Virus record (IMG/VR): IMGVR_UViG_3300032236_000747
Coordinates: 1-64,000 of that record
Direction: 5' to 3' (one strand)
Length of the DNA: 64,000 nt
In this document: piece by piece, positions 43,762 to 54,805 of the stretch
How positions within the stretch are numbered: position 1 is the stretch's first letter
How the letters are laid out: each line of letters opens with the position of its first letter
Made by a program: the position numbers and the translations under genes
Notes under the pieces: model-generated
The model's database searches: none
What the model was told of the DNA's origin: nothing
The model's input: only the letters and a program-made list of their open reading frames with translations

Positions 43762-46026
43762 ATGACTGCTCCTATCTGGCAAACTCCTGCAGGATTTATA
43801 AGCACAATAACGCAGTTAGTATTCACATCCACGCAGTTATCGGCTACAGGGGATAATGTATCTTACACTGTTATCAACGGTAGCATACCCAGTGGATTAA
43901 TTTTTACATCTAGTGGGTCTATCTACGGAAGAGCATTTTCAGTTGGTCAGGATATACATAGTCAGTTTACTGTAAGAGCCAGCAATGAAAGTGGAGTAAG
44001 TGATCGTACGTTTACTATGCTTACTACAGGGCACCAAGGTCCAGAATGGATAACTCCTCCCGGTGCTCTATCAGCAGGATTATTTGGAAATCGATATTGT
44101 CTGAACAAAGAAATAGTAGATTATCAACTTAATGCCAGCATAGCAAGGTTGCCCACAGGAAAATCGTTAACTTACTATATAGGCGACAATGACGGAGAAC
44201 TTCCGCCGGGATTAAGATTGCTGCCATCAGGAAGGATCGTGGGACAAATTAACGATGTGCTAGCCATTGATTATCTAGCCAGTGCCATCGGAGGATACGA
44301 CAAAGAACCCTACGACGAATATCCATATGACCACGTAAGTATATTCCAAGGAGGTTCTCAAACTACTCCTAGATTTATACCTAAAAACTATCAGTTCTAT
44401 GTAAGTGTCACAGACGGATCATTAATTAGTAAACAAGAGTTTTCTATAAAAGTAGAAGACCCTAATAACTTTAGAGTAGATAATACATTTATCGATGTTG
44501 ATTCTACAGAATATTCTATAGATTCCGACTTTTTGATAGCACCTCAATGGTTAACTCCTGCTAACCTAGGTGTAGTAAGAGCTAGCAATAATCTAAGTTT
44601 ACAGTTATCAGTATATGATTTTGAATCGTATCTTGGTCCAACAACCTATGATTGGGACACCCCTAGAACAAACCAAGACGGCACTCCTAGTGTACATCCT
44701 CCGGGCTTTAACTTAGATCCTAGTACGGGTGTATTATATGCTGCTATACCTTATCAGCCAGCTTTTAGTATAGATTATAAGTTTACTATTAATGTAGTAA
44801 AAACTGATACACAAACCGGTGAGAAAAATGTTAGTGGCCGTACATTTAATATTACCGTCAAAGGCGTATTAGATAATACAATAAAATATATCACCACAGG
44901 AACTGTAGGAACACTTAGCCCTGGTTATATAAGTGAACTAAAAATTGAAGCCGAGTATGTATCATTAACTAGTCCACTGTTATATACACTAGAATCAGGT
45001 GCACTGCCTCCAGGTCTAACATTGGCTACAGATGGCTCAATACAAGGTCGGGTAGGGTATAATAGTTTCATATCATTTGATCTAGCAAAATACGGATTTA
45101 ATAAGTTTACTGTAGATGGTGGACAAACTACATTTAATAGATACTATAACTTCACTGTTGGTGTAGGAGATATATACCAGCAAGGTGTTAGTACATCATC
45201 ATTTAGTATAGTCATAGATGTTCCCAACTTAAACAAGTTTACTCAAATATATGCTCAACCATTCTTGCCAAGAGACCAACGACTAGCATATAAAGAGTTT
45301 ATCAACGATACATATACATTTGATAAAAATGTTATGTATAGGCCATTTGATAGTTACTTTGGAATACAACAAAAACTACAAGTATTTGTAGAGTTTGGAA
45401 TCGAACAAACCGCACTTGATAACTATTATACAGAAGCACTTGCTGAATATTTTTCTAGAAAGAAGTTCTTATTCAATAGAGTAAGTTATAGCAAAGCTAA
45501 TGACAGTAAAGGAAACTATGTTTATGATGTAGTTTATGTCGAGATAGGAGATACTGTATCAAATGGTATAGGACCAACTGGTCCTATAAATGTAAAAGGA
45601 AATACAGTCTATCCTAACAACGTTTTGAATATGAGAAATCAGCTAGGAAGTATCCTTATAAAAGGTAATACCATACTAACTGACGAATATCAAATGCCTA
45701 GGTATATGAGAACTATTCAACCTAGCAATGGAGATAAGTTGGGTTATATATTAGTTGCTCCGTTATGTTATGCTCTACCCGGAAATGGTGCCACAATAGT
45801 AGAAAAAATAGCCCAATCGGGGTTTGATTTTACCTCAATCGACTTTACTGTTGACCGATTTATTATACAAGATAACTTAACATATTCAGGCGCTAAATAT
45901 TTGATGTTCCCAACTAAAGACAATTTCGGTAATAATATAGGTCAGAGTTTATCTTACGTAACTACCAGCACCGTTCCTGGATCAGAATTGTTAACAGAAG
46001 ACGGATACTACATATATCTGGAGTGA
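43762..46026 (+). CDS. Structural protein with Ig-like (LPPGL) repeats
   Basis: Repeated G.LP.GL.L...G.I.G motifs. Confidence 0.75.
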   Translation: MTAPIWQTPAGFISTITQLVFTSTQLSATGDNVSYTVINGSIPSGLIFTSSGSIYGRAFSVGQDIHSQFTVRASNESGVSDRTFTMLTTGHQGPEWITPPGALSAGLFGNRYCLNKEIVDYQLNASIARLPTGKSLTYYIGDNDGELPPGLRLLPSGRIVGQINDVLAIDYLASAIGGYDKEPYDEYPYDHVSIFQGGSQTTPRFIPKNYQFYVSVTDGSLISKQEFSIKVEDPNNFRVDNTFIDVDSTEYSIDSDFLIAPQWLTPANLGVVRASNNLSLQLSVYDFESYLGPTTYDWDTPRTNQDGTPSVHPPGFNLDPSTGVLYAAIPYQPAFSIDYKFTINVVKTDTQTGEKNVSGRTFNITVKGVLDNTIKYITTGTVGTLSPGYISELKIEAEYVSLTSPLLYTLESGALPPGLTLATDGSIQGRVGYNSFISFDLAKYGFNKFTVDGGQTTFNRYYNFTVGVGDIYQQGVSTSSFSIVIDVPNLNKFTQIYAQPFLPRDQRLAYKEFINDTYTFDKNVMYRPFDSYFGIQQKLQVFVEFGIEQTALDNYYTEALAEYFSRKKFLFNRVSYSKANDSKGNYVYDVVYVEIGDTVSNGIGPTGPINVKGNTVYPNNVLNMRNQLGSILIKGNTILTDEYQMPRYMRTIQPSNGDKLGYILVAPLCYALPGNGATIVEKIAQSGFDFTSIDFTVDRFIIQDNLTYSGAKYLMFPTKDNFGNNIGQSLSYVTTSTVPGSELLTEDGYYIYLE

Positions 46027-46029
46027 TGA

Positions 46030-48864
46030 ATGCCAACTATTAATAACCTGCCTGTACTAACTACTGCTACAACTGCAACTGTTTTCCTAACTGTAGATGA
46101 TAGCACAGGTGTACCTACAACAAAGCAGGCAACATTTGGACAGTTAAGCACTTTTTTTGCTAGCAGTCTAGCAGTTAATTCGGTGGCAGGCAAGCAAGGG
46201 GATGTTGTATTATATTATACAGATATACACGGAACTCCCACTATTGCTACTACTACAACTGTAGGTGCAGTTAAGGTAGGGTCAGGATTGTTAGTGGATG
46301 ACAGCGGTACAATAAGCGTTGGCGGAAATACTGCTAAACTTGTTAAAGGCACTGTAGCTCCTAATGGAAATAATCCCAACGAAGCTAACGATATATGGTA
46401 TGACGGAAACAGCGGAAGGCTATATGTTTGGTATATTGACCCAGTACAAAACTATGGGTCTTGGGTTGATGCTAGTCCCGGCGTTAAACCTAGCACGTCC
46501 TTCACATCTACTAGCTTCCTTAATATAACAAATACCACTTCAAATGCCCTAGGAGTATCGGGAGGCGCGGTAGTAAACAAAGATATATCAGTAGGCGGTA
46601 ATGTTATCACTACATCTATTATTAGTCCAACAGGGTCGGGTTCTAATATATCTATTAATCCAGACGGGCTAGGTGATCTATTCATTACACCATCTACACA
46701 AGTTTATATTAACGATACTGCTACATCAGTAACAACTGCTACAGGTGCTCTTGTTGTTAAGGGGGGTGTAGGCATCGGCGGAAACCTAAACGTTGGCGGT
46801 CTTATTAAAGGTGTTATTACAACTGCTACTACCTTAGCTAACGGTTCGTGGACTGTTTATATCAGTAATACCGGAACTCTAGTATTACCAAATAATCTAC
46901 AAGTCATTAACACTGAATATGTTAATAATATTGTTGTCAATACCGAAACAATAACCAGCAGTATTGTATTCCCAGACGGATCTATCCAAACTAGAGCGTT
47001 TACTTCATCTACGACTGCGTCTAATGCTATTAGTGCTATTAGTGCCCAAATTGCGTTTTCTTTAGTAGATCCAAACTCTGGGACAACAACCCTGTCTCTC
47101 AATAATGCGGTATTGCCTTCTACTCCTTTAGACCTAGGCAGCACCAGTTCACAGTTCAAAACATTATATGCCAGTGGAAAAATGTTTATTGGTAGTGGCG
47201 CAACTGCTGTTCGTTTTTCTAACACCAACGTAGTTGTTAGTACAACTCCTAGCGGAATACAACAAAACGAAACAGGAAATATTGGTATTCTCGGCGAAGC
47301 GGTTGGAGCTGGTGCTACAAGAAACGCAGGAGTATATGGAGTAGGTTATACCGCCGGTTCATTTAGCTCACAGGGCGTTATAGGCGAAGGACATGTATCA
47401 GCAACTAGCGATACAGCACCGTCAGTGGGTGTTCGTGGATATGCGAACGATGCACACAGCGGCGGTACAAACGTTGGACTATACGGTGACGCTACTAACT
47501 CTGCTATTGGTAACTATTCTATATATTTAAACAGCGGAGATATCTACACAGCTGGAGCAAAGGTATGGTATTTAAATGGCAACTTATCATTTAATGGTGC
47601 TTATACTATAAGTGGAACTATTACAACAGCCACCTACGCACAATCATTTAATACAGCCACTCTAGTTGCTAGTTCAGTTAATGCTCAAGTAGCTACCACA
47701 GCAACTACCGCAGGTTATGCGACTACATTTAATACAGCCACTCTAGTTGCTAGTTCAGTTAATGCTCAAGTATCTACAACTACAACAAACTTTAATACAG
47801 CAACTTATGTAGCCCGTGCCGCTTATGCTGATAGTTTTAATACAGCTACACTTGTAGCAACTGCTTTAAGTGTCATCAACAGTTCACCATCTTCACAGAT
47901 AGCAACAACTCCACAAACAGCCAGCAGTACATATTATCCTGTATTTGTTTCAAATAACTCTGCCGGTAATCAGGCAGCATATACTACAAGTAGTTTTGTT
48001 GTTGACCCATCTACTGGGCAACACGCTATCGGTGTTGGCTCAACGCCAACTGCTGGTTTTGCGTTAACTGTTGGTGTACCAACTATCGTAGGTAGTGGCG
48101 GTATATATATAGCCAGCGGTAGTGTGTATTCAATTTACGCTGATAGATCCATGCAAGTTGGCTGGGGGAATGCTGCTTTAGGCGGAACATATCCATCCTT
48201 TAAATCAACAGGTAGTGTATACACAGGTGATTTCCAAATTGGTTTTTCTCAGAATACTGGCCGATTTACTCCGGATATTGCCACTGCTGACGGCGGAACA
48301 ATATTTGACACTATCGGAGCATTTCCATTATCTATTGGTACAAACTCAACAGAAAGATTACGAATCACTTCTACAGGAACTGTAAGAGTTTATAGTACCC
48401 TGTCTTCAATATCAACCACTACAGGTGCTCTACAAGTAATAGGTGGTGTTGGTATTGGTGGCAGTGTTAATATCGGTGGCAATATCACAGCAGCTAACTT
48501 CAAGAAAGCCTCAGGTACTAATATTTCTACAGGAACTATCGTATCTCTTAATACTATCGCAGCTTACGCACAAAGCGGTTACATACTGTTAAAGTCAAAT
48601 ACTACAACATCTATACAGATTATAGGACAAGCTGCACAATATTGTTTTGGAAATGGACAAACAGCATCGACGCTAACAGCTACTATCACTACTACAGTTG
48701 GTTCACTACCGGGAGTTAGTGCTCCATATATGGATCACTGGGGTGATACGCATGTCTACAACCTAACTGATATTACCTACAACTTTATGTATAGAGTGAC
48801 TGCACAGTTACTAGGCGCTAGCAGTAATACCAACTATAACCTAGTGATTGAACAGTTATTGTAA
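46030..48864 (+). CDS. Tail fibre-like protein
   Basis: Thr/Ser/Gly-rich, TGAL.V.GGVGIGG repeats. Confidence 0.75.
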   Translation: MPTINNLPVLTTATTATVFLTVDDSTGVPTTKQATFGQLSTFFASSLAVNSVAGKQGDVVLYYTDIHGTPTIATTTTVGAVKVGSGLLVDDSGTISVGGNTAKLVKGTVAPNGNNPNEANDIWYDGNSGRLYVWYIDPVQNYGSWVDASPGVKPSTSFTSTSFLNITNTTSNALGVSGGAVVNKDISVGGNVITTSIISPTGSGSNISINPDGLGDLFITPSTQVYINDTATSVTTATGALVVKGGVGIGGNLNVGGLIKGVITTATTLANGSWTVYISNTGTLVLPNNLQVINTEYVNNIVVNTETITSSIVFPDGSIQTRAFTSSTTASNAISAISAQIAFSLVDPNSGTTTLSLNNAVLPSTPLDLGSTSSQFKTLYASGKMFIGSGATAVRFSNTNVVVSTTPSGIQQNETGNIGILGEAVGAGATRNAGVYGVGYTAGSFSSQGVIGEGHVSATSDTAPSVGVRGYANDAHSGGTNVGLYGDATNSAIGNYSIYLNSGDIYTAGAKVWYLNGNLSFNGAYTISGTITTATYAQSFNTATLVASSVNAQVATTATTAGYATTFNTATLVASSVNAQVSTTTTNFNTATYVARAAYADSFNTATLVATALSVINSSPSSQIATTPQTASSTYYPVFVSNNSAGNQAAYTTSSFVVDPSTGQHAIGVGSTPTAGFALTVGVPTIVGSGGIYIASGSVYSIYADRSMQVGWGNAALGGTYPSFKSTGSVYTGDFQIGFSQNTGRFTPDIATADGGTIFDTIGAFPLSIGTNSTERLRITSTGTVRVYSTLSSISTTTGALQVIGGVGIGGSVNIGGNITAANFKKASGTNISTGTIVSLNTIAAYAQSGYILLKSNTTTSIQIIGQAAQYCFGNGQTASTLTATITTTVGSLPGVSAPYMDHWGDTHVYNLTDITYNFMYRVTAQLLGASSNTNYNLVIEQLL
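47645..47772 (+). repeat. 47-bp exact direct repeat (47645-47691, 47726-47772) inside tail fibre gene
   Basis: Encodes FNTATLVASSVNAQV twice, 81-bp period. Confidence 0.9.
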
Positions 48865-48892
48865 AATAAATATAAAAACAGGATAATATCTA

Positions 48893-50122
48893 ATGTCTCT
48901 TTCTTTTCCACGTAACGCAAACACAGGCGATATATATGTAGCACCAAACGGTATTGTCTATACGTTTGACGGAACTAAATGGGTAGGAAACACCAATGCG
49001 ACAACCTATCAAACTAGTCCATTGGTTATAACAAACTCTACACCTTCTACGTCATCTACTAGCGGTGCGTTAATAGTATATGGCGGAGCAGGATTCGTTG
49101 GGGATATAAATGTAGGTGGCACAATATATCAAAATGGAGTTGCTGTAGGAACAGGTGGAGGCGGTAGCAGCGGAGTATCTAGTATAATAGCAGGAACTGG
49201 TATTAGTGTTGATCATTCGACAGGCACTGTTACTATTACTAACACTGGTGCTAATTCTACTGGTACGAATCAACCCTTTTCTATAACAGATTTAACAAAC
49301 GCAGGTAGCACAAACACAGGTGCTTTAACTGTTGCAGGTGGAGCAGGAATAAATCAAGATGTATATGTAGGAGGTAGTATTAACCTAAGTGGTTATATTT
49401 TAAACACCTCAACTTTGAATACATTGTTGACTATTGCTCAATACAACTTTGCTACTCCAGGTAATACCACTACTGCGCTTATAACCGGGGGCTACGAAAG
49501 TACAAGTACTACATCAGGCGATCTAGTAGTTCAAGGCGGTATCGGTGTAGGTAAGAGTATTAACGCTGGTCGATATATAACAGGTAATACAGGATCATTT
49601 AACACAATAATATTAAATGGTACTAACCTAACATCACTTCTTTCGGGTAATGGAGTTACCAGTATTACTGCAGGTACAGGCACAGCAGTTAGCACATCAA
49701 CTGGTAATATTACAGTATGGAGTACCGGCGCAGCGCCCACGGTATTAACTAGAACAACAGCATCTGTTACTGTTAACAGTGTTGTATCAAGTAGTTCGGT
49801 TACAGCTACTATAGTTGGTTATACAGGTTATGCCCTTTATAGTGTAGCAGTAACTACAGGAACATGGGTATCTATATACAGCTCAACAGCAACCATGACA
49901 GCTGATTACAGTAGGTCGATTTCAACAGATCCAACTCCCGGCAGCGGTGTTATAGCAGAAGCAATAACTACTCAATCAGGAACAACATTGTTTACACCTG
50001 CTATCATAGGATTCAGCAGCGAAACAGTTCCCACAACAGCTATTCCTGTAAAGATTTATAATAATACAGCAGCTACAACAAATATAACAGTTACCTTAAC
50101 ATTGTTAAAAATGGAAGGTTAA
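48893..50122 (+). CDS. Tail fibre-like protein
   Basis: FP.....GD.Y..NG..Y.FDG.KW N-terminus, GAL.V.GG repeats. Confidence 0.75.
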   Translation: MSLSFPRNANTGDIYVAPNGIVYTFDGTKWVGNTNATTYQTSPLVITNSTPSTSSTSGALIVYGGAGFVGDINVGGTIYQNGVAVGTGGGGSSGVSSIIAGTGISVDHSTGTVTITNTGANSTGTNQPFSITDLTNAGSTNTGALTVAGGAGINQDVYVGGSINLSGYILNTSTLNTLLTIAQYNFATPGNTTTALITGGYESTSTTSGDLVVQGGIGVGKSINAGRYITGNTGSFNTIILNGTNLTSLLSGNGVTSITAGTGTAVSTSTGNITVWSTGAAPTVLTRTTASVTVNSVVSSSSVTATIVGYTGYALYSVAVTTGTWVSIYSSTATMTADYSRSISTDPTPGSGVIAEAITTQSGTTLFTPAIIGFSSETVPTTAIPVKIYNNTAATTNITVTLTLLKMEG

Positions 50123-50123
50123 T

Positions 50124-51758
50124 ATGGATCAAATATTAATCAGCATATACCTTAGAAGGGATGTTCACGACAACGGAATGACACTCCTTGAATATGCTAA
50201 TGCTGTTATAGACGGAGCACAACCGGTACTAGAACACGATCAATTTGTTTATCAGTTTGGTTCGATACAAGACGAACTCAATCTAGTTGTTAACTGGGCT
50301 ATCAATAATTCATTAACAATAGTAGAAGCAAGCAGTGGAATAGCCACTGTTAAAGTGCTAGGAACACTAGATCAACTTAGTTCTTTATTTTCTGTACAAC
50401 TAAGAACAGAAACCACTAATGATACAACATATGTTACACATGACGGTGGTATAACTATCCCTAGTGAAATAAATGACGTTGTAGAACTAGTAGCAGGCCT
50501 AGACAATTCTTTTTCATTTACTCATAGCGCCACATTATCCCCAGACGGTGATCTTAGTGCAAACTCTACATCAGTACCCAATCCTATTGATCTAGCAAAG
50601 GCTTATAAGTTTCCTTCATCAACAGGATCATATAACTCTCAAGGCAACGGAGTATGCGTTGCTATTCTAGAGTTAGGAGGCGGATATACTGCTCAAAATA
50701 TAACAAGTACATTTAGTAGAATTGGATTACCGGACCCCATTCTAGTTGACGTATCAGTTGACGGAGGGACCAATCGTCCAGCAGTCTACGATGCTACCGG
50801 CGCCAGTGGAGAAGTTATGTTAGACATCTACTGCGTGGGCGCGGTTAGTCCTGCAGCAAAGATTGCTATGTATTTTAGTCCAAATACCTTCCAAGGATTT
50901 ATTGATTGTATAATAGCATGTGCTACTGATACCGTTAATAACCCTAGTGTTATAAGCATCAGTTGGGGAACTACCGACAGTAACTGGAGCGTTTATAGAG
51001 TATTCATGGAGTTTGCATTTGCTACTGCTGTAGCTAAAGGTATCACTGTATTTGTTGCGGCAGGTGATTACGGTGTTAGAGCAGTTAGCGGTGGCGCAAC
51101 TTACACTGTACAATATCCAGCAACAAGTCCTTATGTAGTATGTGCCGGTGGTAGTGTTATATCAATCAACACAGATTATTCAATAGCATCCGAAGTACCT
51201 TGGGGAACTAGTGGTGGTGGTTTTGCAGGTGGTGGCGGCGTTAGCTCAATTTTTAGTGTGCCATCATGGCAATCTGGATTTAGTAGTAAAACATACCCAG
51301 GCGGAACTGTAACATCGTTGACAGGTAGAGGTATACCCGATGTATCGGCCATGGCTACTGGTTATACATTTTATTGGTATAACTACACAGTTTCAGGTAG
51401 TCCAGTTCCGAATGCTATAAACACATTTGTAGGCACCAGTGCAACTGCTCCATTATTAGCTGGAATGATGGCTAGGTTAAACCAACTAACTGGTAGACGT
51501 ATAGGCTTTGTTAATGCTGATTGGTATTCAGCTAGAACTACAGCATTTAATGATCTTACCACAGGCGATAATCACGGCGGTAATACTGTTGGATACATGG
51601 GTACAACAGGCTGGGACGCTGCATCAGGTTTAGGAACACCTATAGGAACAGCTATATACGCTCTTTATAAAAAGGGTTCAACTTTTCCAAAACTCAACAA
51701 CGGTTTTCGGCCTACCACTGGCGCTGCTTATCCAAGACGTACAACAGGTGTAAGATAA
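50124..51758 (+). CDS. S53 (kumamolisin/sedolisin) serine protease with prodomain
   Basis: EVMLD (ExxxD), SISWG, AAGD, GTSATAP, GWD..SGLG. Confidence 0.9.
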   Translation: MDQILISIYLRRDVHDNGMTLLEYANAVIDGAQPVLEHDQFVYQFGSIQDELNLVVNWAINNSLTIVEASSGIATVKVLGTLDQLSSLFSVQLRTETTNDTTYVTHDGGITIPSEINDVVELVAGLDNSFSFTHSATLSPDGDLSANSTSVPNPIDLAKAYKFPSSTGSYNSQGNGVCVAILELGGGYTAQNITSTFSRIGLPDPILVDVSVDGGTNRPAVYDATGASGEVMLDIYCVGAVSPAAKIAMYFSPNTFQGFIDCIIACATDTVNNPSVISISWGTTDSNWSVYRVFMEFAFATAVAKGITVFVAAGDYGVRAVSGGATYTVQYPATSPYVVCAGGSVISINTDYSIASEVPWGTSGGGFAGGGGVSSIFSVPSWQSGFSSKTYPGGTVTSLTGRGIPDVSAMATGYTFYWYNYTVSGSPVPNAINTFVGTSATAPLLAGMMARLNQLTGRRIGFVNADWYSARTTAFNDLTTGDNHGGNTVGYMGTTGWDAASGLGTPIGTAIYALYKKGSTFPKLNNGFRPTTGAAYPRRTTGVR

Positions 51759-51795
51759 CACCGATAAATAAAAAATAGTCCAAAGGTCTACACAT

Positions 51796-52449
51796 ATGAC
51801 AAGTCAAATTACAACTTCTGCAAATATAATCAACACCACTTATCCTGTCGCGGGACAGGACAACGATAGCCAAGGTTTTAGAGATAACTTTAGTGCTATC
51901 CAAACTAGTTTATATCAAGCAGCTAACGAAATAACAAAACTTCAGCTTTATACAGCACAGACAACAACATCAACTAACTTTAATAATAACATTGTTAAAG
52001 GAGCTGTGTTTACAAATAATGCAGGACTAGTAGATGCTTCTGCTGGTTATACATTTGCTGGGGGTGGCGGAAACGGATTTGATACAAACTTAACCGGTGG
52101 GAATGGAACAGTATCGTTTGCTAACGGTGAATATTTTATAGCAAACCTAACTACAAGTACAACTTATACCATTGTAGGCTTCCCTGGAAATACTTCCAAC
52201 GGTTATAGTCTAGGTAAAATGAGATTCCATTTAAATGCTACCAACGTAATTAATAGTGCCACATGGTCTGTGAGTTTTAATACCGCCAACGCAAACAGCA
52301 CCGCTACAGTATTTTGGGTAGACAACTTAGATAAATGGACAGGTGCGTATTCATCTACATACAAACCAGCATCACAACAGTTCTTTGACGTATGGAGTTT
52401 TGACGGCGGCTATACATTATATGTTAAGTATCTAGGAATTTCTAACTAA
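51796..52449 (+). CDS. Putative structural protein
   Basis: YPVAGQDNDSQGFRDNF; TAAATA upstream. Confidence 0.7.
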   Translation: MTSQITTSANIINTTYPVAGQDNDSQGFRDNFSAIQTSLYQAANEITKLQLYTAQTTTSTNFNNNIVKGAVFTNNAGLVDASAGYTFAGGGGNGFDTNLTGGNGTVSFANGEYFIANLTTSTTYTIVGFPGNTSNGYSLGKMRFHLNATNVINSATWSVSFNTANANSTATVFWVDNLDKWTGAYSSTYKPASQQFFDVWSFDGGYTLYVKYLGISN

Positions 52450-52697
52450 TGTTGTTTAATCCGTTGCTAGGTGATGTTAGTAGTTTAACATCCGTGGAAC
52501 TAGAATCTAAAATATCAGAACTAACTAAAAAATATTTTATTGCTGCTAGATCAGGAAATGGTCATCTATGCCAACAAATACTCGTAGCCATTGAAGGCTT
52601 CAAACAAGAACTTGCTGCTAAAAATGCTGTCGCTAATAAAGTTGCCACAAGAAACGGCGATGCTAACTTTGATGATCTAATAAATGTCAACAAATAG
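52449..52697 (+). CDS. Hypothetical protein
   Basis: Coupled ORF. Confidence 0.7.
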   Translation: MLFNPLLGDVSSLTSVELESKISELTKKYFIAARSGNGHLCQQILVAIEGFKQELAAKNAVANKVATRNGDANFDDLINVNK

Positions 52698-53241
52698 TCA
52701 AGCATTTACATGGCCCGCAAACTTTAATTGTTCCCTGGTAATAAACGATTGTATATATCCAAATCAATATAATATATCAGTGTCTATGCTTCCAGAGGGT
52801 GCAGACAGTAATCTTGCAAAGTTAGGTTTTAAAAAACTAAAACACTTTGTACGATCATATCTTAATAACTCGTTGATGATCAAACACAATCATCCACTAC
52901 TAGCTGCCTTCGAAACTTTACAAACTATTACAGTAGAGTTCCCAGAAGAACCACATGATTATATTGTAGCCAGTATCTTATTCCATAAGTTTAGCAGTAT
53001 TTTGGAAGGAAATATCAAAATAACGCAAATAACCATTGACAGCAGCATAGGTGATAATGTAAAATATACTGTGAATACAGGTAATAAAATGTTAGATGGC
53101 AACTGCTGGTGGAATAATAACGGCGTTGAAACTAATGATGTAGACCTCTTTCCAAGTTGGGAAGAAGTCAAAGCAGAAAATACCAAGTTCGAACCCAGAG
53201 TAGTATTAGGCGGTAAGAATGAAAACAGACACATTTGGTAG
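52684..53241 (+). CDS. Hypothetical protein
   Basis: Coupled ORF. Confidence 0.7.
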   Translation: MSTNSQAFTWPANFNCSLVINDCIYPNQYNISVSMLPEGADSNLAKLGFKKLKHFVRSYLNNSLMIKHNHPLLAAFETLQTITVEFPEEPHDYIVASILFHKFSSILEGNIKITQITIDSSIGDNVKYTVNTGNKMLDGNCWWNNNGVETNDVDLFPSWEEVKAENTKFEPRVVLGGKNENRHIW

Positions 53242-53740
53242 AGCAATAGTAGAAAGCAACGATGCTTTCACGGCTCTGTACAATGGCGTAAACATCAGCT
53301 TAGATTTGCTAGAGTTCGAAAGCAAAGAAGCAGTCGATCAGTTTAACAGCGCAGTCGAGATAAACGCAGATCCTATCCCAAAAATAAAGACCTACAAAGT
53401 CCTAGACGAAACTATTGAGCTTTTTGATGAGGCAAATCAATGCGAGTGGTTTATGCCCAAAGAATATCAGGATTTTCCCATACATCAATGGTTACTTGAT
53501 CAATGTAAAACTGAAGAACAGCGTACTAGAGTAGACAGCGAACTAACCCTGTTTATCCAGCATGGAATGATCGATGTCCTATTTTACCTTAAATACTTAG
53601 TAGACACCATGCGTGAAAACAACATTGTATGGGGTGTAGGCCGCGGTAGTAGTGTGGCAAGTTACATCTTATACCTGTTAGGTGTACACAAAGTAGATAG
53701 TATAAAATACGATCTCGATATAACAGAATTCTTAAAATAG
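53219..53740 (+). CDS. DNA polymerase III alpha (DnaE) palm fragment
   Basis: RVDSEL, WGVGRGSSVAS..LYLLGV..VD. Confidence 0.8.
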   Translation: MKTDTFGRAIVESNDAFTALYNGVNISLDLLEFESKEAVDQFNSAVEINADPIPKIKTYKVLDETIELFDEANQCEWFMPKEYQDFPIHQWLLDQCKTEEQRTRVDSELTLFIQHGMIDVLFYLKYLVDTMRENNIVWGVGRGSSVASYILYLLGVHKVDSIKYDLDITEFLK

Positions 53741-53749
53741 GAGAACGAA

Positions 53750-53962
53750 ATGGTTAAAAAAGTTTATAGATCAATGCTAGGTAAAGAAGTTGATATGGAA
53801 GCATTGGCATCGAAGCATGCAACTATGCCTGCTGTCAGCAATGCTAAAGTAAATGCCCGTGGCGACGAACTAGGCCCCAATGGACAGATCATTAGAAAGA
53901 GAGAAGACATTGTTGGAGCATACTACGAAAGTAATCCAAAATCACAATCGAATCAAAAGTAA
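53750..53962 (+). CDS. Hypothetical phage protein
   Basis: AGGAG RBS; NARGDELG motif. Confidence 0.75.
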   Translation: MVKKVYRSMLGKEVDMEALASKHATMPAVSNAKVNARGDELGPNGQIIRKREDIVGAYYESNPKSQSNQK

Positions 53963-53971
53963 AGGTAGTAT

Positions 53972-54310
53972 ATGACTGTAGTACGTGGTAAGTTAACTCC
54001 TATCAAGGGTAGAATCCTTGTTAGCGACATGAAGTTTGGCGAAGAGATTACCCGCCTTGGACTGGTATTGCTCAGCGACGACGGAAAAGTACAAGGTATT
54101 AAGCCGCGGTGGGGCAAGGTTTGGGCGTTAGGGGAAGGCGTTACTGAAGTATCTATTGGTCAATGGGTCTTGGTAGAACACGGTCGTTGGACTCGAAAGT
54201 TTGAAATCGAACAAGAAGATGGTGAGATTCTTAGCTTTCATGGAGTCGATCCAAGTGCAATCATGATGGTCAGCGACGAGCACCCAAGCGATGTAATGAG
54301 GGGATCATGA
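53972..54310 (+). CDS. GroES-like co-chaperonin
   Basis: LTPIKGRILV, GLVL, GKV.ALGEG, GQWVL pattern. Confidence 0.75.
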   Translation: MTVVRGKLTPIKGRILVSDMKFGEEITRLGLVLLSDDGKVQGIKPRWGKVWALGEGVTEVSIGQWVLVEHGRWTRKFEIEQEDGEILSFHGVDPSAIMMVSDEHPSDVMRGS

Positions 54311-54774
54311 AACCAAAAGCATATATATTAGTTGGTGTTCCGGGTAGTGGAAAATCTACCTGGTCACGATCTCAAGAGTGGGTCAACCAATGCGAATATG
54401 TATCAAGCGATGCGTTCATTGACGCACATGCACACGATGTAGGTAAAACTTACAACGAAGTATTCGCCGAATTTATAGGACCTGCCACTGAACTAATGAC
54501 CAAACAAGTCATCGAAGCTGTCAAGGTTAAAAGAGATATAATATGGGATCAGACCAATACAACAGTTAACAGCAGACGTAAAAAGTTTATCATGTTGCCC
54601 GGTTATTATATGATTGCTGTTCTGTTCCGAACTCCGGAACCTGACGAGTTAGATAAAAGACTATCTAGTCGCATTGGTAAACAGATACCCAAAGAAGTCA
54701 TGGATAAAATGATCTCTGGATTAGAAGAACCTTCTGAGCAAGAAGGATTCGACGAAGTGTGGTACGCGGCTTGA
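54307..54774 (+). CDS. P-loop kinase (AAA_33 / polynucleotide-kinase-like)
   Basis: GVPGSGKST, DQTN, R...R, EGFDE. Confidence 0.85.
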   Translation: MKPKAYILVGVPGSGKSTWSRSQEWVNQCEYVSSDAFIDAHAHDVGKTYNEVFAEFIGPATELMTKQVIEAVKVKRDIIWDQTNTTVNSRRKKFIMLPGYYMIAVLFRTPEPDELDKRLSSRIGKQIPKEVMDKMISGLEEPSEQEGFDEVWYAA

Positions 54775-54799
54775 CATAAGCCATCCTATACTTTATACT
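54771..54799 (+). promoter_or_regulatory. sigma70-type promoter, leaderless transcript
   Basis: TTGACA-17-TATACT; ATG 6 nt downstream. Confidence 0.75.
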
Positions 54800-54805
54800 T
54801 AGAGT

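Noticed and set aside
47645-47772. Direct repeat as DGR template/variable pair
   Set aside because: Copies are identical, in frame and within one gene; no reverse transcriptase in window
40030-51903. Many short minus-strand ORFs in the structural region
   Set aside because: Antisense shadows of long Thr/Ser/Gly-rich genes
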